A stretch of DNA of 64,000 nt from Eledone cirrhosa (Eukaryota), in NCBI GenBank assembly GCA_964016885.1, contig OZ024747.1, forward strand, positions 67,580,001 to 67,644,000, read 5' to 3'. The position numbers and the translations under genes were made by a program. Positions 37,855 to 53,779 of the stretch are shown one piece after another. The notes under the pieces were generated by a model. That model was not told where the DNA came from, made no database searches, and saw only the letters and a program-made list of their open reading frames with translations. How positions within the stretch are numbered: position 1 is the first letter of the stretch; the number at the start of each line of letters is the position of its first letter.

Positions 37855-39474
37855 TCAACTTTCCCCTCCCCCCAAATTATTGGCCTTATACCTAAAGTAG
37901 AAATCGTTATTGACAAACTACTTTGTGGTATTTAGTTATGGTCATCTCCTTAACAATTCCACCAATCCACTGTTCCTAGATTGGTACTTTATCTATTTTG
38001 ACTCCGAAAGGATTAAAGACAAAGTTGACCTTGATGGGATTTGGACTCAGAGCTCAAAGTGTTAGAACAAATATTGAAGTATTTAATCTAACACCCTGAC
38101 AACTTTGCCAAATCATCCTATACAAGGCAAGAATTATCTCTCATCTACTAATCAATTAATCCCATCAAAAATCAAACTTCAGTTCTGATGTGCTGTATGG
38201 ATCTCTAGAAATTATCGAGGAATTTACTATTAAGATCTCAATTAAAATTTTGATTTGAAACACTGCATTGTGGTTTAACCCCAGGTCCTATATGATCTAG
38301 TAGACCTCTGATCAAACATGAACTCTTCATTATTACCATATCGTTTTCCAGACATTTATTTAAAACTGTGAAGGAATGTTGCATCATGATTAATGTATTA
38401 GGCTTACAATTGCAAGGTCATCATTTTGATTCCTGGACTAGACAGCACATTGTGTCCTTTAGCAAACCTGTAAATTCACATTGCTTTAGTCCACTCAGCT
38501 GGAAAAAGGAGTTGTGATGACACTGGTGCCAATCTATATCAATCTTTGTCTTTCTCATAGACAACATTGGTGGCATGGAGAGGGAAAACTGGTTGCTAGT
38601 TTTCCGCAAAAAAAACCTTGCCCTGGTTTGTGCCAGGTGCAAGTCCATTGTCAGTCATGACTGATGAGGCCCTTTCTCTATTTAAAACTACATTGTCCAA
38701 TGTGTTTTTTCCATTTTATCCCTTCTGTGACCATATTTCCAAAACTCTATATCAATTAATTAATGAAGAATTTTGAGGAATTAACTAAAATTATTTCATA
38801 ATCAGAAATGTACCAATATGTGGTTTTTATATAAAATTATGTTGGAAGATTTTTATTTAAATGGGAACCATTTAAAAGAGATAGTTTTGTTTCATAGAAC
38901 AAGAGCCTGTTTTGGGCAGGATGGTATCAAAAGAGTTAAGAGAGAGAGAGGCATAATTTGAGGGGGAAATTGGTTGCTATCTCTAGTAAATTGTGTGACT
39001 ACATAAAGATTCCCACTTTAGCTCATATCTTGTCTTGCTTGAATCAGCTGTATTTCTATGTTCGTTGATAAACTTTTGCATATAAACAAACATAACCATT
39101 AGCTGATAGCAAGGGAGCTAAGGCAGATTGAAAACTGTCTTCATTTTGTTAAAATCTCAACAAAATATCTAGATTACCATGTATTTCTTTGATAAGAAAG
39201 GACACAGTTTGTAAAGCTAATTTTCACACACCCCTAAGGGTCAATGACATCTTGAACTTTAAGGGATTTCATAACAGATTTTGTTATGTGGAAAACGACA
39301 AAAAATGATGATAATAGTGATATATATATATATTGAAACTGTCTATATATATAGTTTCTACTTTTGGCACAAGGTATACACACACATACACACATATATA
39401 TATACACACACATACACACACACACACACATATATATATGTGTGTGTGTGTGTGTATATATATATATTTGTGTA

Positions 39475-39521
<47 letters not shown>

Positions 39522-39852
39522 TATAAAGAAGAGTGACAGTTTCAATTTTATGTATACATCCTCTGTATGCACATTTCAAAGGGATCTATGGTGTAGAGTG
39601 CTTACATCTGTTTACACTAAAGTCAGTTGATTAATTGATCAATCAACGTTTCTGTGTGTGTGTGTGTGTGTGTGTGCGTGTATCTTTGTGTGTGTGTGTG
39701 TGTGTGTGTGCATGCACACACACATGTGCATGTGTGTGTTTGCTGTCTGTGTTCATGTTTACCTAAGTTTAAAGAGCCAAACTGAAATAAGTATTGAGTT
39801 TAACATATTCAATGATTTAATTGATCTTATATTGAACCCAGAACTTATATTG

Positions 39853-39854
<2 letters not shown>

Positions 39855-39894
<40 letters not shown>

Positions 39895-40340
39895 TGTGCA
39901 CACACACATATGCACATACAAACTCATACACATACCAACACACATACACACACTCATACACACATGCACACTCACACACATGTACACAAACACTCACTCA
40001 CACACACATGCACACATGCACACATGCACACACACACATGGCACACATACACACCTATGGCACATACACACACATTGCACATACACACACAGCACGCACA
40101 CACACATGCATGGCACATACACACACATGGTACATACACACACATGGTACATATACACACATGGTACACACACAGACATGCATGCATACTCGTACACACA
40201 CACATGCACACATACACACACACATGGCACACATACATATATGGTACATACACACACATTGTACATATACACACATGGTACATATACACACATGGTACAC
40301 ACATACACACAGACAGTCATGCTCGCACACACACACATAT
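39855..40340. repeat. Degenerate CA-rich minisatellite (CACACATGG(T/C)ACATA-type)
   Basis: Visible directly as low-complexity repetition. Confidence 0.9.
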
Positions 40341-40369
40341 TCAATCCCACTGTACAACATTATTTACCA

Positions 40370-40555
40370 TGCGGTGAATTGGCAGTATCGGTAGAGGGTC
40401 GGACGCCATGCTTTCCAGCATAGTTACGTCCCTTTACGGTCTGAGTTCAAATCCCCTCGAGGTTAACTTTGCCTTTCATCCTTACGGGGTCGATAAAATA
40501 AAGTACCAGTAATGTACTGGGTAATTTCTGGCCTTGTGCCAAAAGTAGAAACAAT
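40370..40555 (+). mobile_element. SINE family A with TSD TTATTTACCAT
   Basis: Full consensus sequence with a duplicated flank. Confidence 0.9.
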
Positions 40556-40965
40556 TATTTACCATAGCTCTCAGGTAGACCAATACCTTGTAAGTGGAAT
40601 TTGGTAGCAGAGGCTGTACAGAAGACCATCGTGGTATATATGGTTGTTGTTGTTGTTGTGTAGCTCCAGTACAGACTCTGCCTGCCAAATTCCACTCAAT
40701 ATCAATTGGTCAACGTGAGGCTGAAAAAAAAGAAACTTGTCTCAGGTGGCACACACTGAAAATGAGTATGGCCCCCATATGGATGCAAACCAAATTTCTT
40801 AACCACACAGTTTTGCATGGGTGTCTTTATACATACTCAACCGACTATCATAGATAGTTTATACATTGTTTTTTAGAATCTCATAGAATGTACTGTACAT
40901 TTATATTTATTAGATTTATAGTTGAAAAAAATTGATTGAATGGAAGTAGAATATATCAATGTTGT

Positions 40966-41366
40966 TTAACCTTTTCAGTACCATATTTCTAATGAAAGAC
41001 ACAGCTGATAACTTTCTAATAATTTTGAGCAGGATCAAGACTTTTAAAGGATTCAGACAAATAACTTTTTCATTATGAACCTAGTGTTTGGAACATAACT
41101 TAAAAAAGGTTCATACATAAAATTATGATGGAAACTTTTTCATTAAGAAGCTAGTGTTTGGAACATTACTTAAAAAAGGTTCATACATAAAATTATGATG
41201 GAAACTTCTTCATTAAGAGGCTAGTGTTTAGAACATAGCTTAAAAAAGGTTCATACATAAAATTATGATGGAAAGTGTTTTGATAAATATAAACACTTTA
41301 AAATAAACAATTTTGTATTATAGAATCAGTAGCATTTTCTTTCAGTTTGATATCAAAAGAGTTATG
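40966..41366. mobile_element. piggyBac-like MITE family 2 with an internal ~3x 60-bp tandem duplication
   Basis: TTAACCTTTT...ATCAAAAGAGTTA, with a 60-bp period at 41071-41273. Relatives at about 38718-38939, 49240-49465 and 59915-60185. Confidence 0.65.
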
Positions 41367-43118
41367 AAAAGTTGAGAGTGTGAAAATATATGAACACATA
41401 AGTAACTATAGCAGATGTTGATTTAATATTCATAATGTGGAAGTTTCAAATTTTTCTTTGTCCTTATGCTTTTGACAATTGTTCCTCTTTATATCATAAT
41501 AGTAGCTTTTAAAATGATATATATAAAATGCATACCAAATTTTCTATGACATGTTTCTATTTTTAGTGGTGATGTATTTGTTTTGCAAGGTTTCTGCTAT
41601 GAAATCGTGTGTTGAAACAGATATTGTTATATTTGGGAAGGGTCATGTCCTAATATTGCCAGAAAAACATAGTAAAACACACTCACTGTTTGCTTTGGTT
41701 TTGACTTCAGTATATATAGTTCTGTTTTATGTCATATATCTACAATTTAAGTGTGTAGCTAAATGTGTATGTAAGCATAAATATCAACAACCTGTACGAA
41801 TGCTACCTCAATGTAAGAAGCTGGAACAAATGCCATCAGGCATTTTGTCTGTCACTCTAATGAATTTGTTAATTCACCCTGCCACCCTAGAAATAAAACT
41901 AGAAATTCAGGGAAGGTGTATATATATAGTCTTTTAAATCGACCCAGTACATGACTGTTACTTATTTAGCAACATTGGAACAGTGACATGAAAGCGTATG
42001 TATGTGTAAAATTATACATAAACAAACATGTATTCATTTTTGTCTTTCCATTTAATATTTATTATAACAGAAACCCTCAGTTTTGCTAATTGATATGGCA
42101 TTGGGCATAAGAACTTGTCCTTTAATTAAATTATAAAGTTAAAGCATACACTTGTCTCCTATCTTTATTACCTTTATTACATTACAACATAATTCTCTAG
42201 TTACCAACTACTTATGAAAGTTGTTCTCCCTCCCACAAACAAACATATAGCTGCTATCAATATCTCTCTTCCATTGCTCTTTGCCATTGCTCTTTTTCAT
42301 TAGTCTCTTTAGCACTGCCTCTCTTCTATTACTACCTCCTCTTCTCCTTCTCGCCACAATCACTTTATTTCTCCATTCATACCCCTTCCCTTCATTCATT
42401 CATTACAGCTTTTCCACCATTATCACTTTCTCTTCCGTTGACCCCCTTAGACTTATGCCTTGAATGCAAGGAGACAATATAGAGTAGTGAGTACTATTTA
42501 GTCTCATGAAACACAAATCAAACTCACCAATACTAGTGACTCAATAAAATGCACCCTGTACACTCTGTAAATAGGCAGAAGGAGTGGGATCAACATAAGG
42601 TAGAGAGAACCTTGTAGTCTTACTAAGAACATAAAAACCTTTTTAGTGCTAGTGCCATAATAAAATGTACCTAGTAAATTCTGTAATGTATTTGGTGTTA
42701 GGATGGGCATCCAGTCTTAGATACAAAGCCCAAAATAGAACTTATAAGTAAGATGTGATCCTCTGACCCATTTAGAAGGGCTGTAACTCAGAATAAGAAC
42801 TGACTCACACTATAATGACTCATCTAACCCATACCAGCATGGAAAGTGTATGTAAAATGATGATGATGATGGTGGTGATGATGGTGATGATGGTGATAAT
42901 GATGATGATGATGATGGTAATTATGATGATGATGATGATGATGATTACGACTAGTAGCAAAATAAATATAAATCATTAATTAATTTGTATTTATATTTGA
43001 TTTAGATATTATCTACAACAGGCTGATTGACAATCAAGTCTAAATATTTCCGCTTTTAATTACTCCTTGCATTAAGGTTTGTTAATTTGGAGATTTTGTG
43101 TATCCTAAGCATGACTTT

Positions 43119-43410
<292 letters not shown>

Positions 43411-43414
43411 TCTT

Positions 43415-43486
<72 letters not shown>

Positions 43487-44364
43487 ATGATATATATATA
43501 TACAAGATAAAAAATGGTGAATATGTACATTATCAATATAAAACATTTTGGTATAGTTGGAACATGTTACTTAATTGTATGAAGCTGTTGTGTGCACATG
43601 ATAGTTTTGATGTGTGATGACAAAATTAATGAATATTTGATGCATGTTATCTACAGACAATTTTTGATTTGTTTACAGCATGGAGAAATATGTTGCATGA
43701 CTAGTTGGTATTCCAATGTTAGGTAAAGTTTTGTATGTTATAATATATTTCAAATAACTTTATAGCTACTAATATTGTTATTTTTAAAAGTTCTTTCCAG
43801 ATTTCTAAAAAAATGTTGGTGCTGATTAACTTAAAATTATTGTTATTTAACCCTATACATTATTTAGAAACAGAATTATCAGCTGTAAATACTCAAGGAG
43901 AATAAATTATCAATTTTAAAATCTTTGTAACCATCAGTTAAAAATATCAACAGATGAATGATAAAACAGTGTTTCATTATTGAAAACTGGGTCTTTGTAA
44001 TTGCTCAAACAACATAACTGACAATAACCTTAGTAAATTTTCTCTCGAGACCTTCCTGGGCGTGTGATAGCAGATATCATGTTTTATGGAAGAATATAAA
44101 GAAATATTTCAAGTGAAAGGTGTCAACAGTTTCAAACAATCAGAATTAATAATAAAACTGCTGATAAACAATATAGACTCTACTTTCTATAGTGGTAGTG
44201 ATTTTTAAAGATGTGGGAGTCTTTGAATTTTCATGTGTCATCCACATTCCTTGGCAATAATATTTCTTAGATTACTTCCAAATGTAGTAATAGGCATTAA
44301 AAGTGAGAAGTCACAACTGTCTTAGTACAAGATGATGTTGAAACAACCCTCTCTTTTTCTTTCC

Positions 44365-44432
<68 letters not shown>

Positions 44433-47400
44433 TTGTTTCTGTTTTTCTCTAATTTTCTTGCCTTCTCTTTCTATCCAGTAAAAGAATAAAGCGTAAAATA
44501 TGGGTGTATACAAAAGCTAGTAGGAGAACATGTTAAACATCTATGGATATGCTAAACATGAGAGAATATCCCACATGTGAAATATATGAGAAAATCTCCT
44601 CACATGTTAAATATGTAGCACACATGTATAAGTATGTTAAATGTATGAAAACATCTCATATGTTAAACATTTGAGAATAAATTAAGTATTCCCAGACATA
44701 ATCCAAAAACTATTGTTTTTTAAAATAAAATTTTAGCAAGAATCTGTGTTTAGGTGGTTCGTTGTGTCTACTAGGAGTTGTTGCTGCTCTGTGGTTCCTG
44801 TTATACATCTAGGGGTACTGAGTTATAGGAGAATTAGTGTCAGGGTGTCCTCTACATTACCATCTTGATCATTTAGACTTTACCTAAATATATATATGTA
44901 TTACAGACTTTGGGTGAATGAAAGGAAAAGTCATCTACTGGGAAGATTTGAACATAGACTATAAGAGGATGAAATTGAACACAATCAGATATTTAGCCTA
45001 GTGCCCCGCCATCTTAATTCAATCGTTCTTGGAAAACAGAGCCTAGAATAAACAAGGCATTCAGTGGACAAGACCATTGGATTCCAATCTTGTAAAAATT
45101 ACATTCATTAAAACTGAGCCAATAGTGAACTAAATGTTTATGCTAGAGCTAAGACATCTCCTTAAAATCCCTACCTCAGACAACATCAGGTCTAATAAGA
45201 CAAAGGAGATGCAATAAACTAGAGTAAGGGGTTTAAATGAATCAGAGATTATTCTCAAACAAAAAAATTAAATTAAAATTCTAACAGAATCTAGGGAAGC
45301 TGTTGGTCGACAGTGAAGTTCATGACATATGTTGTGGGGAGAAGAGGAATCTAACATTTCAGGCAAACTGAAACATATATATATATAGTCCAGAATTAGC
45401 CGTTGAAACGGCTTGAGCTCAGCCGTTGGGGTCCTACTCGTTCCTATATATATATATATAGAGAGAGAGAGAGAAAATGGTTCCTGCTTGCTTAGATAAA
45501 GGGACAGGCTTGGAACATGGGATTCTCCTGCTCCCCATAGTCTTCACTATATAATTAAATTCATTTTTATTTTGTCACTGCAACATCACATTTAACACAC
45601 TCAATGAATATGATGCTGATGATATATATATTATCATCATTTTTATGTCAAATTTTCCATGGGTGTAGGGTTGGACAGGACTTTTTGAGGCCAGATGCCC
45701 TTCCAGACACTAACCCTTTTTGTTGCTTTTTACAATAAACATGGATATGGTGTTCTTATTTTAAACTGGACAAACATGAACCCTTGCTAGCAGGGAAAGC
45801 AGACGTTAAAATGACAATGATGATATATATAAATATATATATATATGATGTATATATAGATATATGATGATCATAATGATGTATTTGTGTGTGTGTGTAT
45901 GCATACACATATACACATGTACACACACAAACACACACACAGTTATGTGTGTATGTACGTAATTCTGAATAAAAAGGACTTGTGACAACTACAACCCATG
46001 CCAGGATGTAAAATGGATGCATGATGATGATAATAAAGATGATGATGGGGAAAATTTCTCACATAGGTACTGGGCCAGAAATTTTTTTCTATAAACCCAC
46101 AAATTACCACCACGCTAATCATCACTTCCCCCCCCCCCCCCAGCACCCCCCCCCCCCCTATCACCCCCACCACCACTACCACCAGCAACAACATCCCCAC
46201 CACCACCACCTCCACCACCACCACCACCATCACCACCACCACCACAACCAGCAACAACATCAGCACCATCAGCAATCCACACCACCACCACCACCACCAC
46301 CACCATCACCACCACTACCAACGCCAACACCAACAGTAACACCAACACCATCAGTAGCAGATGTGTGTTGATGGTAAATGATATGAGTTTATGTATATAA
46401 AGGAAGCTGCTACAGCATATAGAGGTGGAGGAGAATGAGGAGGTGGATGAATGCTGTGTCAGCATTCTGATATAAGTGGGAGAGCAGTTGTTGTTGTTGT
46501 TGTTTTCAACCCCAAGTCAGCCCTATCATTAAAGTCGTATAAAAAATGACCATTCAATCTTCATTTCAAACATTGGGTAATGTAATTTCCTTTTTTAACA
46601 CAGCAGACATATGCTTTCATTGAGATTTGGTTAGTATTTCTAGCAGGTCAATTGATCACTTAGAGTTTACCTAATGTATGGAGGTGTTTATGTTGCTGTT
46701 TAGCCCCAGGTCAGCCCTAATTGAGCAAAGCTATAACTAAATCATTCTAGTATGAACAGTCCCATCCTCATTTCAAACATTGTGTTATGTAATTTAATTC
46801 TTAATATGATAGATGTATGATTCAAGAGAGATTTAACTGGTATTTCTAGCAGGCTGAGCAATCACATAGAGGTTACCTGATATGTGGTGATGTTGTTGGT
46901 TGTTTGGGGTTGTTTGTTTTTTAGATCAATCTTGATCAAGCAGACCTACAAACAAATGCATTCCAGCCATGACTATCCCATCTATCTTTTTCCTATATGT
47001 AGGGAACCTAGGACCACATTATATGTGATTTGAGGGAGGTTTGACTGCTATTTCTATTGGTGTGGTAGTGGGACTGTAAGTGAAGATAGTGGTTGTGTTG
47101 TTGCTGGTGGTAGTTGAGGTGCTGTTGTTGTTGGTGTTGGTTATTTAGCCCCAGGTCATCCCTAATCCTGCAGACCTATAATCAAATGTGTTCCATCTAG
47201 ACATGACCATTCTTTCGTTTTGTATCTCTGGAATTTCCTTTCTTTTAAGTGGTGGTAGAATGTGATTTAAGATGGAAAATATTTGACTGTTATTTCTAAA
47301 AGGGTGAGTGACCATGTAGAGGCCTCTTGATTGACTGTATTTAAGGAGGTGGTATTGTTGGTGGTGGAGTTTGAAGCTGGGGAGTGTGGAGGAATGTAGA

Positions 47401-48219
47401 AAGGAAATACAAAGTTATAAGAAGGAAGAAGAATAAGATGGTGAAGAAAAGTAGGAAACACACACACATTCACATGCACATATACACACACACACATACA
47501 CATATATATCATCATTATCATCATCATTACCATTTAATGTCAATTTTCCCTGTTTGCAACGTTAGACGGGTTGTCATGTACTGAGGCTAGACTAGTCATG
47601 TGACTATGTCTTGCTTGTAATGCACAGCTTTTAGCTTGGTTTCCACAGCTGAATACCCTTTCTAATGTCAACCAATTTACAGTGTGTCCTGGGCGCATTT
47701 TATCAGGACTCCGGCACTACAACTTTACAGTAAGGAATGTGTGCTTTTTCTTGTAGCACCAGAACTTCCACTTTACAGAATCGGCTGGGTGCATTTTATC
47801 ATGGCACCAGCCCTGCATATATATATATATATATATACATGGTTATAGTTGAGGTGTGGTAGCATAATGGATTAGCCCTTTCCATGAGGCTACAGTTGTA
47901 TTATTGCATCTACTCTGCATTTTAACATGTATTGAGTACTTCCACTATGAGTGGTGTTTTTGGTTATCTAACTGTGAATGTCTTATAGATAAATATAAAT
48001 ATATATATATATACATGTCTGCTGGGCACACGAGCAGAAGGACATGTTTTTCCTGCTGGCGGCATATCTCAAAATCGAATTTCATCTGAGGATACCGTTC
48101 TCATAACAACAACAAATGCATGAATTACATCTTGATTGTATGGGAGAACCGTTGAAATAATTATAATGGATAAACGATTTATGTAACATCAGCATCTTTC
48201 TTAATGTTATTATTATTAT

Positions 48220-48400
48220 TGGCAGTATCGGTAGAAAGTTGGACGTCATGCTTTCCAGCACAGTTACGTCCCTTTACGATCTGAGTTCAAATCCCGCCGA
48301 GGTTGACTTTTCCTTTCATCCTTACGGGGTCGATAAAATAAAGTACCAGTAATACACTGGGTAATTGCTGGCCTTGTGCCAAAAGTAGAAACAATTACTA
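48220..48400 (+). mobile_element. SINE family A
   Basis: Matches the family-A consensus. Confidence 0.88.
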
Positions 48401-48640
48401 TCATATATATATATATATAAGTATATGGTGGTGGTAGATTACTGGACAAACCAAAAAGAACTCTAAATTAATAAAAATAAATTTATGAACACTGTCTCTA
48501 GCATCAAACAAGACAATGCCTTGACTATCTCACCACAACAAAGTCTGTGAACCAGAGATTAACCTCCTTAGAAACTATATATATAATAAGGAAAAAAAAC
48601 CCCACTAAGGTCACCTGTTAATTTTCATTCAGGTGTTCCT

Positions 48641-48867
48641 TTAACCCTTTAGCATTTACATTACTCTATATATACTATTGTATTTTCATGGTAAAGGCTT
48701 TATCACACATAATCATCTCATAATATTGAATCTATGAAATTTTGATATTATTTATTGTGAGAACAACACCTTAACATCAATATGAGTGGCTGATTACAGT
48801 CGGTTTGAAAAGAAAAAGGTGAGTGAATTCTGGCCTGATATGGTTGGTTTAAATGCTAAAGAGTTAA
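48641..48867. mobile_element. piggyBac-type MITE family 1
   Basis: TTAA TSD and TIRs. Confidence 0.85.
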
Positions 48868-49716
48868 ACTGTATTCAGGTCCCACATGTGTTGGAACCCT
48901 GTCAGTTCCAACAGTGAGTGTCCTAGTTGCTTGAACAATGCACCAGCCTGTTCATGAAATTAATGTGCAAGACGATGAGTATTACAGGCACATTCATAAG
49001 TTGCTGGAGATTAAATGTGAGACAGTATGTGACAAGGCTGACTCTTTCAATATAGGGACAATACATTTTCTCACAGGGATACAATATGCTGCTAGGAATT
49101 GAACTCATGATCTTATGACTATTTTGGAAAAGTTTACTTTAAATAGGAACCCTTTAAAATATGTGGGTTTGTTTTATAGAACCAGGACAGATTTTGGCCA
49201 GCCATGCATCACAAGGATTAAGGCTTTCTTAACAATTTCATGATCATATTTAAAATGAAATACATTATTTCAATTAATTAATAAAGAATTTTGAGCAATC
49301 TATGAAAATTATTTATGATCTCATTAATATGATAGTAACTTAACATAAGATACTTATACAAAATTATGTTGGAGGATTTTAATTTAAAAAGGAACCCTTT
49401 AAAATGAGTGGTTTTGTTTTAAAGAACAAGGACTGGTTTCGTCCAGGCTGGTATCAAAATGGGTGGTCATCAGGGTTAAAAGATAACTGAAATATCTTTG
49501 ACTAGGAATTGAAACCTTGAACAACTAAAGACTGTCTTTACATAGAAACTTCTGGAATGTTACTAAGGAGTACTTCCTTTGCTTCTGTGACAATTTCTTG
49601 AAAAAAACTTGATTTGCTGGTGTCTGCAGAGTGGGTGTTGCTATGTGAAGAAAGAAAGAGAGGGAGAGAAAGGGAAAGACGGTGTGTGTGTGTGTGCGTG
49701 TGAGAAAGAGTGGAGC

Positions 49717-49748
<32 letters not shown>

Positions 49749-49763
49749 GGGAAAACGATGTGT

Positions 49764-49794
<31 letters not shown>

Positions 49795-49901
49795 AGAAAG
49801 AGAGGAAGAGAGAGAGAGAGAATATCTGTACGTGCACGAGAGAGTGTACAGTGAAGAAAGGAGAGTAGGCTGCAATGTGTAACTTTCAGGGCTGGAATAG
49901 C

Positions 49902-49941
<40 letters not shown>

Positions 49942-50523
49942 TGGGATGAAAGGGGGTGAGGGTGTTGAGAGTGTTGGTAGTGGTGGTGGGAGAGTTAGTG
50001 GTGCGGTGTGTGGAGGAGGCTGGTGGTGGTGCTAGTAGGGAAGGTGATATCGGAGCTGATGCTGGTGGTAGGGGGTATGGAGGGGGCTGTGAGGGTGTTT
50101 TCGAAAAAACTGCTGGCTCATCAGAATTTCATGTATTCCAAACATTTTGGTGAAGGGTTTATTTTACAGTGGTGATGTAGTGGGCAGAGAAGGGTGTGTG
50201 TGTGTGTGTGTGTATGTGTGTGTGTGTGTGTATGTGTGTGTGTGTTCGTTTTATCACCAGCTTTATTAATAAATTATAGACATTCTTAAATTTTAGTAAA
50301 ATATCATACATGCACATATAAATTCACAGATACACACACAGATACCCCCTATTTATACATATAGTCCTACCTATGGTAGCATGGAAACTGGACGTTAAAC
50401 GATTATGATGATGATGATGATGATATATATATATATATTAAAATAACAGATTAAAATTTAAGCAAAGAATCTCTGCTTTCACCCTTAACGGGATCTTCTG
50501 AAACTAAATAAATATATATATAT

Positions 50524-50806
50524 GGAGGCACATGGCTTAGTGGTTAGAGCATTGGGCTTGTAATCGAAAGATTGTGAGTTCAATTCTCAGACCAGGTGAT
50601 GTGTTGTTTCCTTGAGCAAGACACTTTATTTCACATTTCTTCAGTTTACTCAGCTAAGTGGTTGTGGAGGCGCCACAGAACAAAGCACCCAGCACTCACT
50701 GTAAATGAGGTTGGTGTTAGGAAGGGCATCCAGCTGTAGAAATCAAGCCAGAATCAGTTCCCGTCCCACCCTTGCAAGCAGGGAAAAGCGGACGTAAAAT
50801 GATATG
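50524..50806 (+). mobile_element. SINE family B with RTE-derived tail
   Basis: Close to 11523-11864, with an internal deletion. Confidence 0.85.
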
Positions 50807-51370
50807 AAATATATATATATGCATGTATGAGCCCTTAACTCATACAGTGTTTCTTGGGCATTTTAAAACCTGGTGGGTATATATGTGTGTGTGTGTAAGT
50901 AAATTTATGTACACACATACACACACATAGATATATAAAGAGAGAAGGAGGTAGTAATATATTTTTTGATAATCTCATGAGTACATCCTCAGTTCAAGGG
51001 TCTATAGCAATAAATGGTGGTAATTAGATTTATCCAACAATGTGTTAGTGGTATCTATTTTATTGAAGTACACTTGCATGTTTGTGAGTGTGTGTAAGTA
51101 TGCATACATATATATATATATATATTTGTATGCATGCATTGTTATACACACACACAAATATGTATAGATAGATATACATATGCATATATATATATATATA
51201 TGTTCAATTAACACTTAACATTTAATATTCTACCATACTATTTCATTATAATATCATTACAATTTTAAAGGATTGTAAATAAAACGAGTAAATTAGACAA
51301 AGTTGGAATTCCTTTAATCAATATAATCATCTATACACAATCATACACACCCGTGTATATATATATATAT

Positions 51371-53086
51371 ATCATCATCATCATCATCATCGTTTAACGT
51401 CTATATTCCACGCTTGCATGGGTTTGGACGGGAGTTTTCCCACTTGAGGCAAGAGTGGTTGTCTTGCTCACATAGGACTGTCTGGCGGGTTTTCTACGGC
51501 TGGATGCCCTTCCTAACACCAACCGCATTTACAGTGTGGAACTGGGAGGTTTTTACCGTGTTACCTACATGGCCACATTACAGCGTGGACTTTGTGTTTT
51601 TTTGTCGTGACACCTACACGACCTCATTTGTTTCGGGCTGGATGTTGTGGTACCAACATAACTTTACATTGAAAGGGGTGGTGTGGATGGGGTGGGGGTA
51701 GTGGGATGGGGTGTATTTTGTTAGAGGTGCCTACTGACTGTAGTAGGTTTCACTTTGTACTTAGGTAAGGCGGGTCTTCTCTATTACTGTGTAGCGCCAA
51801 AGATCTCGGTCCAGTGACATTGTCTTGGAGAGGTGTAAGTGTGTGAGGTCAGAATTTATCAAGTCGTCCCATGTTTTTCTGGGTCTGCCTACTCCGTGGC
51901 TACCGTCTATTTTTATTGCCCTGCACTTTTTTATACAGCTGTCGTCTTTAATGCGCATCACGTGACCATACCAACGTAGCCTTCTCTCGAGTAAACAACA
52001 TCTGATCCCTCTTATTTCTAATTTTTCCCTTAGTTCGTTTATGCTTTGCCGTTCACGTATATTACTATTACACATCCAGCAGAGCATGCAAGCTTCGTTG
52101 CTCTCCAGTCTGCGTATATCCTCTGCACACAATGCCCAGGTCTCACTGTCATGCAACATTGCTGTTCGTATGCAGGCATCATACAGCCTGCCTTTCATTT
52201 TTAGGGAGAACCCTTTAGCGGCTAATAGTGGTATAAGCTCTCTGGACTTTTTCCATCCAGTTCTGACTCTAGCTACTGTACTTTCAGAGCACCCTCCCCC
52301 ACTGCTGATTTTGTCACCCAGGTAACGGAAGCTGTCCACTATTTCTATAGAACCATCTGTGCAATGGAATGAGCTAGTATTCTGTGGGTTCTTGCTGCTA
52401 CTTATTGCACCAGAGCACCGGCCACATATAAAATCTATGTTCTTAGTTAGCTTACTTGTGATCCCTCTACATCTTTTATGCACCCATACTTTGCATTTGG
52501 GACATAAAATGGAGTTTCTACCTACTCCTTTCCTACACACTGAGCATGGCCATTTCGCGATGGGACTGGCGCCCTATTTTCCTTCCTACAAACTAGAACT
52601 TTAGTCTTAGACAGGTTAATTTTAAGGCCTTTTGATTCTAGGCCGTGCTTCCATGTTTGGAATTTCTTCTCTAGTTCGGCCATTGATTCAGCTATGAGCG
52701 TTAGATCATCTGCGTATAGGAGTTCCCATGGGCAGCCGGTCTTGAACTCCACTGTTATAGCCTGAAGGGCAATAATAAATAGTAGGGGGCTAAGAACGGA
52801 GCCCTGATGAACACCAACTTTTACACTAAACTCTTCACTATATTCGTTGTTAATTCTAACCTTGCTGACTGTTTCTTTATACATGGCTTTCTCCAAGTCA
52901 ACAAAAGCTAAGTAGAGGGGTTTACTTTTAGCTAGGTACTTCTCCTGTAGTTGTCGTACAAGGAAAAGAGCGTCTGTGGTACTTTTGCCTGACACAAACC
53001 CGAACTGCATTTCATCTAGGTCAATTCTCTCTCTGATTAGTTGCGCTATTACTTTTTCTGTGACCTTCATGACCTGGTCGATTAAT
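51371..53086 (-). mobile_element. RTE family 1, 5'-truncated, frameshifted, with an in-frame internal deletion
   Basis: ORFs 52522-53070 (LEKA|MYKE deletion) and 51761-52540. (ATC)n tail and (TA)n on both sides. Confidence 0.95.
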
Positions 53087-53779
53087 ATATATATACATGT
53101 GAAAACTTTCAGGACTCTGATGGCTGATCTCTAGCTGTTGAAACAGCTATATCTGGATCTAGCTGTTGAAACGGCCAGAGCCCAGCCATCGGGATCCTGA
53201 ATCTTTTCATATCACCCACTCTACAACCCTAAGTATCAAGTACTCTGGTGAGTAATGGTCTAACTGCTTTTTACCACATCCTATCTGATATCTATCTATC
53301 TATCTATCTATCTATCTCTATCTCTCTCTCTATCTATATCTATATATATATATATATGCATGTATATATATGTGTGTGTGTGTGGCTGTGTCTGTGTATG
53401 TATGTATAGAGTTGCATTTAAGGCTATTTCCCTGCTAAAGTAGTGGTTAGACTTGCAGGCCCCATGCCAGACATAATCACACTTATCAGTGGTTCTTTTT
53501 TGTTGCAATGTTTTATGTCACTAACCCTTTCATCTCTTATGGCATGTAGGGATATCTTCTACTTATTCCAAACCATACACGCACAAACATATGAATTGCT
53601 ATAAAATAACGCTATGAATGTTGGTGGTGATTTTGAGTCAATTTATATTACCCTAAGCCATGACCAGACCTTCATATAATGTTAAGAAGATCCCCATGGG
53701 ATTGAACTCAGAACATGATAAAGTAGTATGGTATTTTATTCATTTCTTTACTGTTTCTGCTATCCCCCAGTCTTAAAAT

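Noticed and set aside
44740-44885. Possible minus-strand 3' exon after TTTAG
   Set aside because: Frames stop almost immediately or need a poor acceptor. It could be 3' UTR but there is no evidence.
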